Below are positions 8,710 to 16,425 of a DNA stretch of 64,000 bases, piece after piece (position 1 is the first letter of the stretch; each line of letters starts with the position of its first letter). The notes under the pieces are model-generated. The model had not been told where the DNA came from. It saw only the letters and a program-made list of their open reading frames with translations, and did no database searches. The translations under genes were made by a program, and so were the position numbers. Origin of the DNA: Methanomicrobia archaeon (lineage in GTDB: Archaea > Methanobacteriota_B > Thermococci > Methanofastidiosales > NM3); contig JAUVXU010000003.1 of the NCBI GenBank assembly GCA_030603445.1, positions 23,059-87,058 of the forward strand. The letters are read 5' to 3'.

Positions 8710-9123
8710 TTATACAATTACTTCTTTTCCACATCTACTACATTTGTAATGATAAAAAATGACGATTCCTCCACAGGAAGGGCATGACCATCTTCGCTTC
8801 TGATACTCAAGATAGTTTACCATCCCTATTTGTTTCATCTTTTCAAAAATCTCCGGAATCTCATGTCTGTACCTAAATTTCGGGTCTCCAAGATGAGTAT
8901 CAAGAAGTTTCTTCCTATATTTTTCACATGGAAAATTACTACAATCAATGCAGAAATCTTTCTCTTCAATATTATAGCAACAATCCCTTATTTTGCATCC
9001 CCATTTGCTTGTTCTTTTTTGTTCTTTACTTTCTGAGGCACATCCAAGACAAGTCTTATTAAAGGAAGGACATGCTCCACAAAAAACTCCACAAGGAGCC
9101 AATTCATTTGGTATTTGTTTCAT
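8710..9123 (-). CDS. DUF3795 Cys-rich protein
   Basis: 137 aa; CGVFCGACP ... CLGCAS ... CKIRDCC ... FCIDCSNFPC pattern. Confidence 0.65.
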   Translation of the reverse strand: MKQIPNELAPCGVFCGACPSFNKTCLGCASESKEQKRTSKWGCKIRDCCYNIEEKDFCIDCSNFPCEKYRKKLLDTHLGDPKFRYRHEIPEIFEKMKQIGMVNYLEYQKRRWSCPSCGGIVIFYHYKCSRCGKEVIV

Positions 9124-9180
9124 ATTATTTCCTTCATTTGTTAGATATTTAGCATGCCATCTAACGTTTTGTGGATATTC

Positions 9181-9265
9181 TTAACGTCCTAAATTTCTTC
9201 ATCGTTCTGCCTTTAAAAACTCTAAAAACTCCTGGGTATGCTTGTTGATAAGAGGCATCCTTTAG
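9181..9265 (-). repeat. ~80 bp copy of the junction between the 378-aa and 133-aa genes at 16404-16489 (gene-fragment relic)
   Basis: Hand alignment of 9185-9262 to 16408-16486 gives 4-5 mismatches in ~78 nt. In this copy the 133-aa gene start survives only as MKKFRTLRISTKR-stop. Confidence 0.8.
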
Positions 9266-9321
9266 TAAATTAATTATTAGTTCTTTTTATATTTTATTTC
9301 AGGCGTTCCAAAGCCGATTGC

Positions 9322-9394
9322 GTATAACACTAAGATTTAAAGAAGTTTACGAAACGAAGTGGAGCCGGCTATTCGCTGATACATGTGGTTGTGT
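9322..9394. repeat. attC-like imperfect inverted repeat (long form)
   Basis: GTATAAC 9322-9328 ... AGAAGTTTACGAAACGAAG ... central AGCCGGCT palindrome ... GTTGTGT 9388-9394. Confidence 0.6.
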
Positions 9395-9402
9395 CAAATA
9401 TT

Positions 9403-10173
9403 TCAGGACACTTTATCAGCTCTTGTAACAATAAAAGCATTCGTGAATTCATCTAGTAATTCTTCGCCTTTATCCTCATAAAATCCGGAAATGCTAAAAC
9501 CAGCCTCTATCTGGCCATTGATTTGGTCTGTAAGGCTATGCCCGAATTCGAATGGCGCCATATTTTCAGTATACTCTTTCTTTTTAGCATCTGATAAAGA
9601 TTTTAAATCAGAATATGGGATAGCAGTTTCTATTACACATTTTCTTGTCTTCTCAGCTTTTTCCCAGTTTATCATATACATAATAGGATTATTAAATCCA
9701 GATAATAATCTGCCATTCTTTTTTAGGACCCTGTAAGCTTCCCTCCAAACAGGCAAAATATCATCAATAAAACAATTTGAAACTGGATGAATTATCAGAT
9801 CAAAAGTATCATCTGAAAATATTGACAGATCTTGCATATTTCCTTTTACAGTTTTTATATTTAAATTGTATTTAACTGCAATTTTTTTATCTTGTTCAAG
9901 CTGTTTGTCGGAATTATCAAATACAGTTACATTTGCACCTGCAGCAGCCAAGATAGGACCTTGCTGTCCTCCCCCCGAAGCTAAGCACAAAACATTCTTA
10001 TTAACTATATTTCCAATCCACTCTTCTGGAACGGTCTTAAAAGGCGTTAGGACAATTTTTATTATGCCTTTTTTAGCTTCCTGTATCTGTTCTTCTGAAA
10101 TTGGGATGGTCCATTGATTTCCTTTTTTAACTTCATTGTTCCATGCAATTCTATTATGTTCTAATAAATTCAT
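9403..10173 (-). CDS. class I SAM-dependent methyltransferase
   Basis: 256 aa; VLCLASGGGQQGPILAAAGANVTVFDNS. Confidence 0.8.
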   Translation of the reverse strand: MNLLEHNRIAWNNEVKKGNQWTIPISEEQIQEAKKGIIKIVLTPFKTVPEEWIGNIVNKNVLCLASGGGQQGPILAAAGANVTVFDNSDKQLEQDKKIAVKYNLNIKTVKGNMQDLSIFSDDTFDLIIHPVSNCFIDDILPVWREAYRVLKKNGRLLSGFNNPIMYMINWEKAEKTRKCVIETAIPYSDLKSLSDAKKKEYTENMAPFEFGHSLTDQINGQIEAGFSISGFYEDKGEELLDEFTNAFIVTRADKVS

Positions 10174-10202
10174 TTCTTATACTTCCTTTTTGGTATAATT
10201 AC

Positions 10203-10290
10203 ATATAACGCATGTCATTAAAAGAAGTTACGTAAGAAATTTGAATGGAGAAACCTGCAAGATTTCGTAGTCTTTTATCTGTCGTTATAT
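10203..10290. repeat. attC-like imperfect inverted repeat (long form, best preserved)
   Basis: ATATAAC 10203-10209 and GTTATAT 10284-10290 are exact inverse complements. The arms TTAAAAGAAGTTACGTAAGAAATTTG / CAAGATTTCGTAGTCTTTTAT pair with bulges. Confidence 0.7.
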
Positions 10291-10450
10291 TCCCAAAAAA
10301 AGAAATTTCAGAGTAAATCTGGAACCCGTTTATTTGAATTTAAAGGAATTGTCGTATTCAATTCTATCTATTTTGGAATTTTGCAACCAGTTCTTTTTGT
10401 TTTTTGTTCGATTGTAAGATTTTTTGGATTTTAGACATATTTTTACCTAT

Positions 10451-11041
10451 TCAAATATGAATTATAAATTTACAGCTTTTTGCTCCAGTGATTACTGATT
10501 GCACAAGTTCTACTTCAACTGGTTTTTCGAGCGCTACTTCAAAAAACTGCTTTTCCCATTCAGCACCACACTGACAATATGTGTCTGTAGAAAAAGGTTC
10601 TTTAGTTTGTTTAACCTGTCCGCAAAAGCATTTATCATACTCCACGATAACTGTATTCTTGTTTTTTAATTTGAAGCTAACGCCTTTATAATTTTCATTT
10701 AATTTATCAAGAAATTCATTAATAGACTTTGATTCACTCATCAATTTCTTCACAGTCTTTCTATGTCCCTGCCCGCAGCATTTTTGACCGCAGGCCTTCA
10801 TTATCTGGACTACTTTTTCCTTGTCCAATTCTTTTTCTAACTGTTCAATAGCTTCTTTCCACCACTCAGCTTGTTTGACGGGGTTAAATGAATTGTATTT
10901 GTCCGAACCCCGCATGATTTTCTCCAAAATCTCTTGATCAACTTCTGCCATAAGGATTTTTGCAAATCGTCCTATTCTGCCCGTTACTGGGATCTTTGCG
11001 CCGGATTTATTTTTTGTAATCATGGTGTTTTCTCCATTCAT
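10451..11041 (-). CDS. Cys-rich hypothetical protein (DUF6144-like)
   Basis: 196 aa; CGQKCCGQGH ... CFCGQV ... YCQCGAEW ... SCKF. Confidence 0.5.
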   Translation of the reverse strand: MNGENTMITKNKSGAKIPVTGRIGRFAKILMAEVDQEILEKIMRGSDKYNSFNPVKQAEWWKEAIEQLEKELDKEKVVQIMKACGQKCCGQGHRKTVKKLMSESKSINEFLDKLNENYKGVSFKLKNKNTVIVEYDKCFCGQVKQTKEPFSTDTYCQCGAEWEKQFFEVALEKPVEVELVQSVITGAKSCKFIIHI

Positions 11042-11060
11042 AATGTTAAATTAGCGTAAT

Positions 11061-11798
11061 TTAATATTGAATGACTTTTGGAACATCTTTAGAAACATTG
11101 ACACATAACTGAATATCTTTCACGGTAAATTTCCCTTTTGTATACTTCCTTTTATTATTAATTTCTGCAAGTTTCTTAAAAAGATTCTCTGCCTTTGATT
11201 TTGATATTTTTTCCGCTGTATCTGTTCCAGATTCTAAGAAAATTCTAGCAAATATTGGTCCAATCCATTTTATTCTTGATATATCTGTTAATTTTACAAG
11301 TTCCATTAGTTCTTCGCTTGAAATATTTGCTTGTTTGGCTAATTCAGATCTTTCCTTTTTTGTTTTAATTTTTCCAAATAAATGCTTCGTGTTTTTAAGG
11401 CCAAATTTTCCCAGTTTATCTATTACCTCATTTTTTATACCAGGAAATTTATTTAAGTTTACAGGTTTTGGCTGATAACTATTAACTTCCCTTATTAGAA
11501 TTGTAAGATAATCCTCCGGCAAACCTGATTTTTTAGCAAATTCTTTTACATTTTTTGGTGTTTTCAAAACATTGACTATATCCTGAAGATTTTTAATCCC
11601 CTGTTTTTTTAGGCATTTGATTCTTTCTCCTATTTGCTCTTTTAAAATCATTCTACTCGGAATCATTTCTGATTGTTCAAGCACTTTCTGGTATTTTTCA
11701 ATACTAAAATTTTCTAAATTGATATGATAGTTATCAGTCGTTTTGCTTGCATCCTTAACACTGATGTTTGGTGTAAGACTTTTCGTTGTTGCCCCCAT
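11061..11798 (-). CDS. DUF4332-like helix-hairpin-helix repeat protein
   Basis: 245 aa. Repeated K-rich HhH-like segments; the family call is from memory. Confidence 0.5.
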   Translation of the reverse strand: MGATTKSLTPNISVKDASKTTDNYHINLENFSIEKYQKVLEQSEMIPSRMILKEQIGERIKCLKKQGIKNLQDIVNVLKTPKNVKEFAKKSGLPEDYLTILIREVNSYQPKPVNLNKFPGIKNEVIDKLGKFGLKNTKHLFGKIKTKKERSELAKQANISSEELMELVKLTDISRIKWIGPIFARIFLESGTDTAEKISKSKAENLFKKLAEINNKRKYTKGKFTVKDIQLCVNVSKDVPKVIQY

Positions 11799-11857
11799 AA
11801 TTACTATATTAAAAATTAAAATTTATAAATATAATCATTTTTTGGAATTAAGTAGGA

Positions 11858-11884
11858 AAAAATACAATATTATCCCCCTCTTTT
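11858..11884. repeat. 27-nt exact repeat (cassette leader), copy 1
   Basis: AAAAATACAATATTATCCCCCTCTTTT, identical to 12957-12983. The homology continues towards the adjacent attC-like site. Confidence 0.85.
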
Positions 11885-11932
11885 TAGAAAGCCTATCTAA
11901 TGTATAAGAACGAAAAATATTTTTTGAATTAT

Positions 11933-11993
11933 ATATAACATTTGGGATATACGAAGTTTTGCGGAATGAAACGAAGCAAAATTTGGGTGAGGA
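11933..11993. repeat. attC-like imperfect inverted repeat (short form)
   Basis: ATATAAC 11933-11939, 13 nt spacer, GAAGTTTTGCGGAATGAAACGAAGCAAAATTTGG GTGAGGA 11987-11993. Same geometry as 775-836. Confidence 0.55.
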
Positions 11994-12101
11994 GCGATAA
12001 TGACGAAAGCGCAGCGTTCCTTTGAGTTCCGAACCCCACCCGTTTCAATCAATCATTATTCAGAAATTTTCTTTGATAAAATCACTGATCCATCTTCTTG
12101 A

Positions 12102-12719
12102 TTATTTTTTAGCCTCATTTTTCCATCGGGGTAGTTCTGGCATCATTTCATCAATCATTTTTTCTGCATCCTCTCTTGTTTTACCCATAAATTTCATTGC
12201 CGCGTTTATGCTCCCCTCTCTTACCTGTTCCTTGCTTGCCAATTCACCTGTTTGTTGATTCTGACAATGGATGCAATATCGGTTGTCGATTTTAGATGTT
12301 GTGCTTTCATCAATCGAAAGCGGCATTCCGCAACTTTCACACTGAACCATTCTTGCATCTTCATCACATTCCCAAAGCCCAAAGGTATTATTTTCAGTGT
12401 CAATGCAAATCGCAGCATATCCTATACTTGGGACAGCTGTTTTTGGCATCACTATTTTGCCACCGAGTTTTTCAACTTTGGCAATATATACATCAATTGA
12501 GGGAACATCAATATAATTGACAATTGCATCTGACGGGTTTTCTCTTTTTCCAAGCCCGCCGCCAAGACCTTTTTTACCGTCTTCATCTACTGTTTCAATT
12601 CCGTAGTATTCCACAGGGCCTGGCATTTTTTCAATTTTCCATCCAAATAGTTCAGTATAGAACTTCTTTGCTCGCTCTATATCATCTGCTGGCACCATAA
12701 AATGAGTTATTGCTGGCAT
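12102..12719 (-). CDS. VOC (glyoxalase/bleomycin-resistance fold) protein with C-terminal zinc ribbon
   Basis: 205 aa; HFMVPADDIERAKKFYTELFGWK followed by CESCG ... CIHCQ. Confidence 0.75.
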   Translation of the reverse strand: MPAITHFMVPADDIERAKKFYTELFGWKIEKMPGPVEYYGIETVDEDGKKGLGGGLGKRENPSDAIVNYIDVPSIDVYIAKVEKLGGKIVMPKTAVPSIGYAAICIDTENNTFGLWECDEDARMVQCESCGMPLSIDESTTSKIDNRYCIHCQNQQTGELASKEQVREGSINAAMKFMGKTREDAEKMIDEMMPELPRWKNEAKK

Positions 12720-12798
12720 TTTTATCCACCTCCTTATCTTATTTAAATTAAATTTGAATATATATAAAATTTTTTCTAAAAGCGGGGTTTGGAATTTT

Positions 12799-12877
12799 AT
12801 ATAACTAATATTAAACGAACCTTTTGTTCGCTTAATACCTTGTCTCAGAGTTAAAGCGAAGTTTTATAAAGTTGGAT
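12799..12877. repeat. attC-like imperfect inverted repeat (second sequence family)
   Basis: ATATAACTAATATTAAAC pairs with GTTTTATAAAGTTGGAT. Inner hairpin TTCGCTTAA/TTAAAGCGAA. R' is GTTGGAT at 12871-12877. Confidence 0.65.
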
Positions 12878-12956
12878 TGAAGCAGATTTGAAATTAAAAT
12901 TTCTCTATAAAAAGGCATGGACGCTAAGCATAGATTTCATCTAATAATTTATTGTC

Positions 12957-12983
12957 AAAAATACAATATTATCCCCCTCTTTT
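12957..12983. repeat. 27-nt exact repeat (cassette leader), copy 2, in an ORF-less unit
   Basis: Identical to 11858-11884. Confidence 0.85.
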
Positions 12984-13040
12984 GTTTTAGAAAAAATCAA
13001 TTTATTCCTTTTCATCTTAGAAAAATATTTTTTAGATTGA

Positions 13041-13134
13041 GCATAATATCGAGATTTAGAGAAGTTTTCGACGAAGTTAAAAATTTGAATGGAAGAAACT
13101 GAAATTTTCTGGAACCCCTAAATCTTTGTTATGT
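13041..13134. repeat. attC-like imperfect inverted repeat (long form)
   Basis: GCATAAT 13041-13047 ... GAGATTTAGAGAAGTTTTCGACGAAGTTAAAAATTTGA pairs with TGAAATTTTCTGGAACCCCTAAATCTT ... GTTATGT 13128-13134. Confidence 0.65.
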
Positions 13135-13257
13135 CTGTTTTGAAGAAACTAAGAGTTAGTGCAACGGTTGACGAAACCAAAACCCACGGAGTTTTTATAT
13201 TTAAGAATTATAATAAATTACGAACAAAGTGAGTGTAAAATTAAGAAAAAAAGCCCT

Positions 13258-13992
13258 CTAAAAAATTAATTTACTTTTTTGAGTATAAATCATGTAACTC
13301 TTCATTAAAGATATTACTATTAGAGTTGTTGATAATGAGGTAGTTTCCATAATTTTCCATCTTTGATTTTCTTTCTTATCAACACCGTGAGCTTTACCCA
13401 TTGACCTAATACTTGAAAGGCCCGCTGTTAAATTATTTAGCTTTGTTGGAAATTTATTATTTTGATTAAACAATTGAGCTATCTGTGCTATTCCCTGGCA
13501 CTTAGATAAGTTTAAACCACTATTAAGATCAATTCTTAAAAAATCCTCTAATGCTCTGCCTAAATCATTGATTGATTCTTCTGGATCAGATTTTGTATGG
13601 ATTATTGCAGTAATTAAATCTTTTAAGACATTTGGAGAAATTCGTTTATAATAATCTCCAAATTCTTCTTTTAAAAATTTTCCTGTTAAAACTTTATTCT
13701 GTACTGATTTTTCTAAACTTTCTAATGTTTTATTTTTATTTGTTTTGTCACTTATTCTTATTTTAAGTATCTTTATCCATCCATCCAAAATGTTTTCAAT
13801 AGTCGCATGATTTTGCTCAATATCATAAAATTTTTTTAGAAGTTTAATGGAATCTTGTTTTGATTTTTTCTTTGACAAGAAATATACATATTCAATTAGA
13901 ATTTTATCTTCAGCTAAAATTTTTTCGATTGTCCTTTTTGAACTTTCTTCTGTACCATCAATTTGATTGAAGATACCTTCTGAAAGAATCAA
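13258..13992 (-). CDS. hypothetical protein with possible C-terminal HEPN-like R-x5-H motif
   Basis: 244 aa starting at a TTG. Contains SIRSMGKAHG (R-x5-H). The frame stays open 54 codons further upstream (to 14151) and encodes a winged-helix-like segment with no ATG/GTG/TTG start. Confidence 0.4.
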   Translation of the reverse strand: MILSEGIFNQIDGTEESSKRTIEKILAEDKILIEYVYFLSKKKSKQDSIKLLKKFYDIEQNHATIENILDGWIKILKIRISDKTNKNKTLESLEKSVQNKVLTGKFLKEEFGDYYKRISPNVLKDLITAIIHTKSDPEESINDLGRALEDFLRIDLNSGLNLSKCQGIAQIAQLFNQNNKFPTKLNNLTAGLSSIRSMGKAHGVDKKENQRWKIMETTSLSTTLIVISLMKSYMIYTQKSKLIF

Positions 13993-14164
13993 CTGTTGTT
14001 TATTTTTTGAAACTACTAATTTTTGTTTCAGAAAATCAAGACCTCTTTGAATGTAGGAAGGGGTTTTATTTAAGTAGTTCAGAATATCTTGTTCAGTGCA
14101 ATCTTTTCCTTTCCTCCTACATTCAAAAAAAATTAGAATATTTGATATTATTTAAATTGGCGGA

Positions 14165-14896
14165 TTAATCAGTTTCATCTTCTTCTCTCTTTAATAGTTT
14201 CCTCTTTATTATTCCTAAGGCAGCTTCTACTAAAGTAAGATGATCTTCTTCAACAATTTCAATAGTTTGATTTATTGCAGGTCCACTTATATCAATAACA
14301 TAATTTCCGCTATTGGATATTAAAGTTGATTTCGGCTGCATGGTTTGCTGTTGTATAATTTCTGTTGTTTGTTCTACATCCTCTTCATTATCCTCAGGCT
14401 TGTTTCCTTGGTTTAATTCATTAAAAGAATCATCTGGATTTAGCAATTTGACTAATTTTGCAGCTTCAATGAAGTAACCTTTAACTTTTGAAGCATCTTT
14501 TTTAACTACATCAAACTCCCTAATTAAAATTTTATCAAAAATTTTTGTAACTAATTTTTTATCCTTATAAGTATCATAAACTTCTTTGAATAAAGGGATG
14601 TTAAAAAATGATTTTCTTAAGTTTTCAATTCTTTCGCTTTCATCGTAACTGTTTTTGTAATCCTTATAAAGTTGCGTTAGTACAAGATTACCTTCAGAAA
14701 ACTTAATTAAACCAAATTTATTGGCGGCACTTATCAAGTCAGTATATGCGCCACCTAATTTTCTCTTCATGTGGTCTGCACAAATTTCCTTATTGCATTT
14801 CCCACCTAACTCACTTACTGCTTTAGCTAGCTTTAAAGAATTCTTAAATGATGCTCGTGGGTAATCGATTAATTTTGGCATATTATCACTCTCCAT
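14165..14896 (-). CDS. hypothetical protein (N-terminal winged-helix-like, acidic C-terminal half)
   Basis: 243 aa AT-rich ORF. No family recognised. Confidence 0.5.
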   Translation of the reverse strand: MESDNMPKLIDYPRASFKNSLKLAKAVSELGGKCNKEICADHMKRKLGGAYTDLISAANKFGLIKFSEGNLVLTQLYKDYKNSYDESERIENLRKSFFNIPLFKEVYDTYKDKKLVTKIFDKILIREFDVVKKDASKVKGYFIEAAKLVKLLNPDDSFNELNQGNKPEDNEEDVEQTTEIIQQQTMQPKSTLISNSGNYVIDISGPAINQTIEIVEEDHLTLVEAALGIIKRKLLKREEDETD

Positions 14897-15093
14897 TTTT
14901 TTATTAGTTATAATAGTTATTACCTATTAGTTTAAATAGTTTTCGCTTGTAAGGTATTATAGTTATTAAAGAATATTTTTTTCTCGTTTTTAAGATACAA
15001 AAAATTATTTTTTGAATATCCAAATCCTCTCTGATGAATATACATCAATGCACGACCCCATGATTTATATAAAGGATATCAAAAATATGTTAC

Positions 15094-16023
15094 ATGGTTA
15101 CAGTTAAAGGTAGTGAAACTCAACTGCAGCATGCGTTTAGAAATGCCATGAAATCATCGCCCCATCGTGCTCCCGTTTTAGTCACTTACAACTTCTGCGC
15201 CCCCGAATCTATAGAAGAGAGGATCCGCTCTTTTCATGCAGACCTGTCCAATGCCAAGAAAACGTATTTTCATATATTCATATCAAAAGACGATGGCAAC
15301 TTCAATTTAAGATGCGCTATTGACCAAACATACCTCTCCGCGATAAAAAGCTATATCTCAGGACACCCTCCCCCCTTTTACCAAGAGTATGAGAATAGCA
15401 TCGACAAAGTGCTGCATGCAGTAGGAATAATTATGTCGGGAGGGGCCGTAAAAGAAGCAGACCCTCAAAGTATAACAATAACACCGCTAACAAAAATCGA
15501 TGGCCACTTCAATGGCATGTACAACGACAAGGCGCTCTCAGGCCTCTTTAAAGTTGCTCCAGGCCTTTCTCCCCAGCGCATCGGTGCCATCATCACAGAA
15601 CGAATGCAGTTTGCGTACAAGACGCTGCTCTCATTTATCACGCTTACAGGCGTTAAAAAAGCAGAAACGCTCTCACTGGCAATGGTCTACTCTGCCTTTG
15701 ACATGGGCTTTAAGTTTGGTTTTCCGGTAGCCCCAGTAGAACGCAACGTATGGAAGGAGACGTTCTCGATAGGCGGGGCGTTTGACAAGTGTGTGGATGA
15801 CGTGTGCGAATACCTAACATTAGACGCATATATCACGACCCTCTTCCCATCAATAGGTTTCATAGGACAGGAACGCCTGCTCTCGGAGCACAAACACTAC
15901 CTAAAAAATCTACGCACAGGAAAGTTGGGGGATAATATGCCAAAAGAGATCTTAGAAAATTTAAATATGGAACCAGAGGCAATAGATGCGAGAGTAAAGA
16001 AAATTGGGCTTATATATGACTAG
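15094..16023 (+). CDS. hypothetical protein
   Basis: 309 aa with host-like G+C. No family recognised. It lacks tyrosine-recombinase R/HxxR/Y motifs. Confidence 0.6.
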   Translation: MVTVKGSETQLQHAFRNAMKSSPHRAPVLVTYNFCAPESIEERIRSFHADLSNAKKTYFHIFISKDDGNFNLRCAIDQTYLSAIKSYISGHPPPFYQEYENSIDKVLHAVGIIMSGGAVKEADPQSITITPLTKIDGHFNGMYNDKALSGLFKVAPGLSPQRIGAIITERMQFAYKTLLSFITLTGVKKAETLSLAMVYSAFDMGFKFGFPVAPVERNVWKETFSIGGAFDKCVDDVCEYLTLDAYITTLFPSIGFIGQERLLSEHKHYLKNLRTGKLGDNMPKEILENLNMEPEAIDARVKKIGLIYD

Positions 16024-16425
16024 CTATTCCTCTTTTTCCCTGTTCTCGTCCTCTTTTAGAAGATAATATATTGTTCGTCTCGGAATTTCAAGCTCCTTGG
16101 ATACGCGTGTTATCGAAACCCCTATCTTTTGCATCTTTCGTATCTCTTTTACGTCCTGTTCAGAATAGACGCGTGGCCTTCCTGCACCGCCGCCAAGCGG
16201 GTTTAGCAAGACCCCTACTTTTTCCAACGCACGTTTCACGCGCGTTGAAGTAAGATTATAAAGTGACGGCGGGCAGTATATGCAAGACAAGTTAGGCCCA
16301 TTTTCCAGTAGCTCTACGACAATGTCTATGGACGGACGAAGGGCAACATAAACTTCTTCTTCAATAAAACCCTCGCGTATCTGCCTTATAATTTCCTCTT
16401 TATTTGACGCCCTAAATTTCTTCAT
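16024..16425 (-). CDS. small protein with resolvase-type C-terminal HTH (HTH_7-like); N-terminal part resembles methanogen DUF1699
   Basis: 133 aa. GRPRVYSEQDVKEIRKMQKIGVSITRVSKELEIPRRTIYYLLKE resembles the DNA-binding domain of serine recombinases, but no catalytic Ser domain is present. ATGA overlap with the upstream gene. Confidence 0.6.
   Translation of the reverse strand: MKKFRASNKEEIIRQIREGFIEEEVYVALRPSIDIVVELLENGPNLSCIYCPPSLYNLTSTRVKRALEKVGVLLNPLGGGAGRPRVYSEQDVKEIRKMQKIGVSITRVSKELEIPRRTIYYLLKEDENREKEE

Larger units (their letters stand above)
1..13134 (-). mobile_element. integron-like gene-cassette array (cluster of attC-like sites; no integrase in window; may continue left of the window)
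   Basis: 13 co-oriented imperfect inverted repeats with RYYYAAC-like/GTTRRRY-like ends lie on the 3' side of minus-strand ORFs. The genes are unrelated accessory types. The block has a strong AT bias relative to 15-64 kb. Confidence 0.6.

Noticed and set aside
12917-13102. A 61-aa plus-strand ORF, and the 60-aa minus-strand ORF at 8552-8734.
   Set aside because: Both run across attC-like repeats and leader repeats in ORF-less units, and their translations are low-complexity. They are probably non-coding.
775-13134. The regularly recurring intergenic repeats as a CRISPR array.
   Set aside because: The repeats are 56-94 bp, imperfect, internally palindromic and separated by 0.2-2 kb units that contain full-length ORFs. 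No cas genes are present in the window.
13993-14151. Extending the 13258-13992 CDS upstream to include the winged-helix-like 54 codons.
   Set aside because: No ATG, GTG or TTG codon exists in the extension, so I could not justify a start. I left the CDS at the TTG at 13992 and flagged the extension in a finding.
15094-16023. The 309-aa plus-strand ORF as the integron integrase. It has the right size, position and orientation relative to the cassette array.
   Set aside because: Reading the sequence, I find no tyrosine-recombinase signature: no box I Arg in an LxxxTGxRxxE context (the nearest is LTGVKKAETLSL, with Lys), no HxxR, and no C-terminal GH..T..Y. Its G+C is host-like rather than array-like. 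It is kept as a hypothetical protein.
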